The notes under the pieces: model-generated | Databases searched by the model: none | What the model was told of the DNA's origin: nothing | What the model saw: the letters and a program-made list of their open reading frames with translations, nothing else | Translations under genes and position numbers: made by a program | Assembly: GCA_031425655.1 (NCBI GenBank) | Contig: JANPJS010000261.1 | Span: 1 to 52,684 of the forward strand | Origin: Abditibacteriaceae bacterium | Lineage (GTDB): Bacteria > Armatimonadota > Abditibacteriia > Abditibacteriales > Abditibacteriaceae | Length of the DNA stretch: 52,684 bases | Direction: 5' to 3' | Shown here: in pieces, positions 47,636 through 52,684 of the stretch | How the letters are laid out: every line of letters begins with the position of its first letter | Position numbering within the stretch: position 1 is the stretch's first letter

Positions 47636-47944
47636 TTACTCAAAGATATTTGCAGATTTACGGCGCCGGCTTAGTGGGCGCGATGCCCGCGAGTTCGTGT
47701 TCTGTCGCCCGAAAACCGGCTTGTAGCCGCGCGCTTCCAACAACTTCGGAAAAGCGTTGTAATTCAGCGTGTCGGTCACGCTGTTGCCGACGGTGTAAAA
47801 GCGAAACGTCTTGTCGCCGGACGTTTTTGCGCTGACCGCCTCCGAATTTTGCGCGTTGGACGAACGGCAGCCAAAGCTCGCCAGCGCCAATCCTGCCGCA
47901 GCGCACAAAGCCGCGCGGCGTGTCGTGTGAAGCATCGTTTTCAT
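47636..47944 (-). pseudogene. Truncated secreted or lipoprotein gene, SGNH-like start
   Basis: Twin-Arg-like signal (TRRAALC) and FYTVGNSVTD, after which the frame degenerates. Confidence 0.45.
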
Positions 47945-47969
47945 AGGTTTCTCTCTTGCAAGCATTCAA

Positions 47970-48094
47970 AAAACGGGAGGTCGGGAAGAGCGGTAAGACG
48001 GGAAGGATTTTATTGGTTTCTGTGCAGATTTTCGCTTTCAAAACCAAACTTCAACTTTCTTCCCGTCTTACCGCTCTTCCCGACTTCCCGTTTT
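47970..48094. repeat. REP/REPIN-like long inverted repeat, copy A
   Basis: AAAACGGGAGGTCGGGAAGAGCGGTAAGACGGGAAG ... CTTCCCGTCTTACCGCTCTTCCCGACTTCCCGTTTT; 36-bp arms around an AT-rich spacer. Confidence 0.85.
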
Positions 48095-48098
48095 GTTT

Positions 48099-49148
48099 TC
48101 AATATGGGGCATTCGCCAGCCCTTTGAGACTCTCCGAAAACGGCGCCCGCGCGATGCCTTTTTCGGTAATAATCGCGCTAATTAAAGCCGCCGGTGTCAC
48201 GTCGAAGGCCGGATTCCAAATCGGCACGCCGTCGGGCGCGTGATGCGTGTTGCCGGAGTGCGTCATTTCCTCCGCATCGCGCTCTTCAATGGGAATCTGT
48301 GAGCCGTCGGGCAGCGCGAAATCCACGGTCGAAAGCGGCGCGGCGACGTAAAACGGCACGCCATGAAACTGTGCCTGCACCGCCAGCCCATAAGTGCCGA
48401 TTTTGTTGGCCGTATCACCGTTGGCCGCGATGCGGTCGGCTCCGACGATGACGCAATCTATTTTGGTGTCGCGCAACAGCACGGCGGCCATGTTGTCGGC
48501 CATAATCGTCACCGGAATGCCGGCGCGCTGCAATTCCCACGCGGTTAGTTTCATGCCCTGCAAACGAGGCCGCGTTTCATCGGCGAAAACTTCGATGCGT
48601 TTTCCGGCTTCGACCGCGCTGCGAATCACGCCCAAAGCCGTGCCGTGTCCGACCGTCGCCAAAGCTCCGGCATTGCAATGCGTAATCACGCGCGCCGCGT
48701 CGGGCAAAAGCGCCGCGCCGAACGCGCCCATCGCGCGGTTGGCCGCGATGTCTTCGTCTAAAATCAGCTTGGCATCGCAAAGCAGCGCGGCGCGAATCGC
48801 GCTCACGTCGCCGGGCGTGTTGCGCACGATAGTTTTCATGCGCTCGATGGCCCAGAACAAATTGACGGCAGTCGGGCGCGAGGCGGCGAAAGCTTGCGCC
48901 ATGTCGTCGAATTGGCTTAGAAACTCATCGCGATTCGGGGTTTGAATCTGCGCGGCGCCCAATGCCAAGCCCAGCGCGGCGGTGGCGCCGATGGCCGGAG
49001 CGCCGCGCACCGTCATAATGCGAATCGCGTTCACGACATCACGCCAGTCATCGAATTCGATCCAACGCAGCTCGCGCGGCAAGGCGTTTTGGTCGAGCAT
49101 TCGCACGCAGCCATTTTCCCATGCGACGGTTTGCAGTTCGTTTGTCAT
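48099..49148 (-). CDS. mtnA: S-methyl-5-thioribose-1-phosphate isomerase
   Basis: MTVRGAPAIG, SRPTAVNL, THCNAGALAT, ETRPRLQG, GADRIAANGDTANKIGTY, NPAFDVTP. Confidence 0.95.
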   Translation of the reverse strand: MTNELQTVAWENGCVRMLDQNALPRELRWIEFDDWRDVVNAIRIMTVRGAPAIGATAALGLALGAAQIQTPNRDEFLSQFDDMAQAFAASRPTAVNLFWAIERMKTIVRNTPGDVSAIRAALLCDAKLILDEDIAANRAMGAFGAALLPDAARVITHCNAGALATVGHGTALGVIRSAVEAGKRIEVFADETRPRLQGMKLTAWELQRAGIPVTIMADNMAAVLLRDTKIDCVIVGADRIAANGDTANKIGTYGLAVQAQFHGVPFYVAAPLSTVDFALPDGSQIPIEERDAEEMTHSGNTHHAPDGVPIWNPAFDVTPAALISAIITEKGIARAPFSESLKGLANAPY

Positions 49149-49170
49149 AAAATCGAAAAGAGTTTACGCT

Positions 49171-49863
49171 ATGAAAAATTACGCGCCGCTTTTGCTTTTG
49201 TTGCTATGCTTTGGCGGCTGCCGTCGCCAGCCGCCCGCGCCTGCCGGGCCGGTCTTCGATGTGCCGACGCTGCTCGGCAAAACCGCAACGCAAGTAGAAA
49301 AGCAGCTTGGCCCGGCGTTGCAAATCGCGCCGGGCCAAAAAATTTGGAAGCGCGACGACATTTCGCTGACGATGAAATTTTCGCCGGCCAGCGACCTCGT
49401 GACGGAGCTTTCCGCAGCAACGCAAAACGAGCCGCTTGCCGATGAAAAGCGCGATGAGTTCTTGAAAAACCTGCATCTCACCGCCGAAGGCGACGACCGC
49501 TATCAAATCGCGTTTATCGAAGCGCCGGACAAAGTGTTTCACTTCACCGGCGCGAGCGTAAACGTGCCGCAAACTCATAAAGTCGAGTTTCGCGTGGATG
49601 GGCCGGAAGTTCTGGTTTCCGTCACTTACGCGATGATGGCTGATGGCGCGAGCGGTAGCGGCGATAGCATTCTCACTTTGCCGCCGTGGAATCTGCAAAC
49701 CAATGCCAATATCGGCCAACGCCTCGTTTTCGCCGTCGCTGCGCTGACCAAACCGGGGCAAGCGCCGCCCAAACAGCCTTTTCGCTTGCAAATTCTGGTC
49801 AATGGCCGCGTTTTGAAAAAATCCGAAGCCGTCGGCTCGGTCAAATGCGAAGCGCAGTTGTAA
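49171..49863 (+). CDS. Hypothetical lipoprotein
   Basis: MKNYAPLLLLLLCFGGC lipobox-like signal. Confidence 0.7.
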   Translation: MKNYAPLLLLLLCFGGCRRQPPAPAGPVFDVPTLLGKTATQVEKQLGPALQIAPGQKIWKRDDISLTMKFSPASDLVTELSAATQNEPLADEKRDEFLKNLHLTAEGDDRYQIAFIEAPDKVFHFTGASVNVPQTHKVEFRVDGPEVLVSVTYAMMADGASGSGDSILTLPPWNLQTNANIGQRLVFAVAALTKPGQAPPKQPFRLQILVNGRVLKKSEAVGSVKCEAQL

Positions 49864-49867
49864 CCAG

Positions 49868-49991
49868 ATACTTTTAATGGAACACGGAGCTTCGCTACAC
49901 GGAAACGACACAGATTTTCACGGCCTGATTTAAAAAACCGTGTCAATCCGTGTCGTTTCCGCGTGCGAAGCCCGTGTTCCATTGAAAGTAT
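49868..49991. repeat. Second family of long intergenic inverted repeat (ACACGGA-rich)
   Basis: ATACTTTTAATGGAACACGGAGCTTCGCTACACGGAAACGACACAGATT pairs with AATCCGTGTCGTTTCCGCGTGCGAAGCCCGTGTTCCATTGAAAGTAT. Confidence 0.8.
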
Positions 49992-50136
49992 GAATCTTCA
50001 AGAAAGTCAGCCGTTATTGGTGTTTTTTCGTTTTTCGGGTTGGAATTTCCGGCCCGTCAAATGCACTGCAAATCGGCCCGTATCCTGACGAAACGCGGCA
50101 TCGGCAAATAATCGCGGAAAATGGAAAACTACGCTT

Positions 50137-51132
50137 GTGCGCTGTCCTAATTGCGGAACCAACAATCCTGCTGAAGAACAACTGACTTATTGTGGCAGTT
50201 GCGGCGCCGAATTGCGCGTGGTGTGCCCACGTTGCAGCGCCGACAATCCGGCTTTTGAAGAATTTTGCCGCGAATGTAATCTGGAATTGCATCCGGATCG
50301 CGGCCACGAGCGCGCGGCGGGCATTCGGGGCCGAGATCTCGTAAATGACGAAGAGCCGTGGCTGTCGCGCCACGGACAGCTCCTCGTTGGGGGTCTCGTC
50401 GTGGCCGCCATTTTATGGCTTCCGGTCGCCTACACTTTGCGGCAAAGATCGCAGTTCAACACTTGCCAGCAGCATCTGGGCAAAATCGCCATCGCCCTAC
50501 AGCTTTACCAACGCGATAACGACGATACGATGCCGGCTGCCGAAAATTGGACGCCTGTATTGCTGCCTTATCTCAAAGACAGCAGTTATTTGAAGTGCCC
50601 GGCACGCTCGGAGCGCATTGGCTACGCTTTCAATTCGTATTTGAGTATGCAGAAGTTCACGCTGCAACCCGGCTCGGATGCCATCGCGTTTTTTGAAGCC
50701 AAAGGCGGCACTGCGAATTTGTCGGGCGACGATACCAGTTGGATAAATTCGCCCATTCATTCACGCGGCAATAATGTGGCGTTGCTCAGCGGCGCTGTGA
50801 AAGTGCTGCGCCAATCGCCGGGGCTGAATTATTGGGTTCTCACGGGAACAACCCCGCCGCCCGCCGCAGCACAGCCACCCAAAAGCGATGACAAAACAGA
50901 CGAGCCGGCCACTGGCGCCCTGCCGCAACAACCGTCAGGCGCTCCAACCGTCCCGGCTCCCGTTGCTCCAACAAGTGCGCCTCCCGTTGCTCCGACAAGT
51001 GCGCCTCCAAGTGTGCCTCCGGCTTCTCCCGATGTGGCTCCGGGGGCTTTGCCCGCAAATCCGCCGATGCCGCCCCAACCGCAAATGCCGGCGGCAATCG
51101 GACAAACACCGTCGCCGACTTCTTCGCCCTGA
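50137..51132 (+). CDS. Double zinc-ribbon membrane protein with DUF1559/pilin-like domain and Pro-rich tail
   Basis: CPNC..CGSC..CPRC..CREC; TM helix; CQQHLGKIAIALQLYQRD; GYAFN; IHSRGNNVALLSGAVK. Confidence 0.7.
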   Translation: MRCPNCGTNNPAEEQLTYCGSCGAELRVVCPRCSADNPAFEEFCRECNLELHPDRGHERAAGIRGRDLVNDEEPWLSRHGQLLVGGLVVAAILWLPVAYTLRQRSQFNTCQQHLGKIAIALQLYQRDNDDTMPAAENWTPVLLPYLKDSSYLKCPARSERIGYAFNSYLSMQKFTLQPGSDAIAFFEAKGGTANLSGDDTSWINSPIHSRGNNVALLSGAVKVLRQSPGLNYWVLTGTTPPPAAAQPPKSDDKTDEPATGALPQQPSGAPTVPAPVAPTSAPPVAPTSAPPSVPPASPDVAPGALPANPPMPPQPQMPAAIGQTPSPTSSP

Positions 51133-51203
51133 GCAACGCACCACGGATTTCGCCCGACCCCATTTTTGTCCGAACTCATTAAGGCCTTGCATTGAGAATT
51201 GAT

Positions 51204-52043
51204 ATGCGTTTTCAGATCGGTTGTCGTTTGAGTTATGAACTGTCCATGCCGGGCACGCTGGTTTTCAACATCCAAGCCATTAATTGCGCCGATCAGCGCG
51301 TTTTGGAAGAGCGTTTTGAAACCACGCCCGGTGCGACTTGCGATGAATGGGATGATCCGGCCACGCGCAACCGATTTGTGCGCGTCAACGCGCCGGCGGG
51401 CTTGCTGGAAATCAGCTACGCTGCCAACGTGGAAACCTCGCCGATATTGCTGGCGCCGGAGCGAATCGGCGAAATTCCGTCGTCACGGCTGCCGTTGGAT
51501 GTGTTCCCCTTTTTATATCCCAGCCGCTATTGCCAGTCCGACCGCTTGGAGCGATTGGCAATAGCTGAATTTGGCTGGATGACGCCGGGGTTTTCGCGCA
51601 TCGGGGCGATTTGCAATTATATTCATGAAAAAATCGCTTACGAACGCGGCAGCAGCGGCGCCCAAACTTCGGCCTTCGACACCGTGACGGAGCGGGCCGG
51701 TGTATGCCGCGATTTCGCGCATTTGGGCATCGCTTTTTGCCGCGCTTTGGGCATTCCGGCGCGCTTCGTGTCGGGTTACGCCTACGGTTTGAATCCGCCC
51801 GATTTTCACGCGTGCTTTGAAGCTTTTTTAGGCAACGATGCCGATTCCGGCTGCTGGTATTTTTTCGACGCCACGCGCCTTGCGCCGCAAACCGGCTCGG
51901 TGCGCATCGGCAGTGGCCGCGACGCCGCCGACGTGTCGTTCGCCACGCTTTTCGGGCCGGTGCAATTCAACAGCATGGAAATCACCATGCAGGCGTGCGA
52001 AGCTATTCCGCAATACACCACGCAAGCCGTGGCTCTGGCTTAA
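51204..52043 (+). CDS. Transglutaminase-like family protein
   Basis: FLYPSRYCQSD, GVCRDFAHLGIAFCRALGIPARFVSGY, DFHACFEAF, FDAT, GRDAADV. Confidence 0.92.
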   Translation: MRFQIGCRLSYELSMPGTLVFNIQAINCADQRVLEERFETTPGATCDEWDDPATRNRFVRVNAPAGLLEISYAANVETSPILLAPERIGEIPSSRLPLDVFPFLYPSRYCQSDRLERLAIAEFGWMTPGFSRIGAICNYIHEKIAYERGSSGAQTSAFDTVTERAGVCRDFAHLGIAFCRALGIPARFVSGYAYGLNPPDFHACFEAFLGNDADSGCWYFFDATRLAPQTGSVRIGSGRDAADVSFATLFGPVQFNSMEITMQACEAIPQYTTQAVALA

Positions 52044-52062
52044 TTCGCATCAATTGAAAAAT

Positions 52063-52191
52063 CAAAACGGGAAGTCGGGAAGGGCGGTGAGACGGGGAGA
52101 AGATTAATTCATAGTTTTTGAAGGCGCATTGATGCACAAAAACCGACAAATTTCTTTCCCGTCTTACCGCCCTTCCCGACTTCCCGTTTTG
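52063..52191. repeat. REP/REPIN-like long inverted repeat, copy B
   Basis: CAAAACGGGAAGTCGGGAAGGGCGGTGAGACGGGGA ... TTCCCGTCTTACCGCCCTTCCCGACTTCCCGTTTTG; same arms as copy A, unrelated spacer. Confidence 0.85.
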
Positions 52192-52684
52192 TTGTTCCCG
52201 ATGACTCCGATGCGTCTTTTACCGTCGCGCCGCTAAATAGCCCCAGACTTGAACATTAAGCGCCCAGTTATCCACTGTAAATTCTTTGAGCATCGGCCAA
52301 GCGCCCAAATCCCAGTAGGCTTCGTGCGTCGGCCCTGAATAAAAACGGCTTGTCCAACTTGCTGATGCTGCCCGCAATTTGCGGCTGCGCGGCGGCAAAT
52401 TGGCTCAAGCACAGCAAAATTAGCAGCAAAAAAACGCGGTAATTGAAACGCATAATTCATTTCCTGAATGATTCAGCAAGGGATTTTGGCGGGGCTATCG
52501 CCTTCTTCCAAACAAAATAGCCTTATTGGTTTGGAAGAGGGCGATAGCCCAATGGCATTAAGTTAAGCAATTGCGAAACGTAGCTTCCCTCCCTCCGGGA
52601 GGGATTGAGGGAGGGCAAGACGGCGGCTTTGCCGCCGGGAAACCCCCCCGCACCACCCCCCCAGGGGGTGGTAATATTGTTGGG

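Noticed and set aside
50960..51010. 24-bp tandem repeat (PVAPTSAP twice)
   Set aside because: Ordinary low-complexity Pro-rich linker.

Overview
Bacterial window, roughly 55-60% GC by eye. Gene style loosely suggests Armatimonadota/Abditibacteriota, which is low-confidence inference. About 0.9-44.9 kb looks like one large integrated mobile element. Its left end is a tRNA-Asp(GTC) sequence on the minus strand whose 3' half is perfect and whose 5' half is decayed (att-like). Next come a TOPRIM primase/AAA_25 helicase with an internal iteron and palindrome origin, an HNH gene, and an orphan terminase-small-subunit-like gene. A cargo block follows: a cold-shock domain fused to a GIY-YIG/MUG113 nuclease, REase-like ORFs, hydrolases, methyltransferases, a TrmH methyltransferase, an ANT(6)-like adenylyltransferase and a VOC protein. 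After that is an early/leading-region-like block: three hairpin + 37-bp motif + RBS modules, a beta-clamp fusion, a very acidic protein and DUF932. Then come an RNA ligase-antitoxin-PIN toxin operon and a partial BREX-1 locus (NucS-RAMA nuclease, pglX, pglZ type B, brxL, and a TPR-HEXXH metalloprotease-like gene). The BREX locus is cut upstream by an IS4-family element that has no target duplication. Right of the IS are ordinary host genes (FAD dehydrogenase, mtnA, lipoprotein, transglutaminase) separated by REP/REPIN-like long inverted repeats. No integrase, capsid, conjugation or CRISPR genes were recognised. All family calls come from motif recognition by eye; no searches were run.
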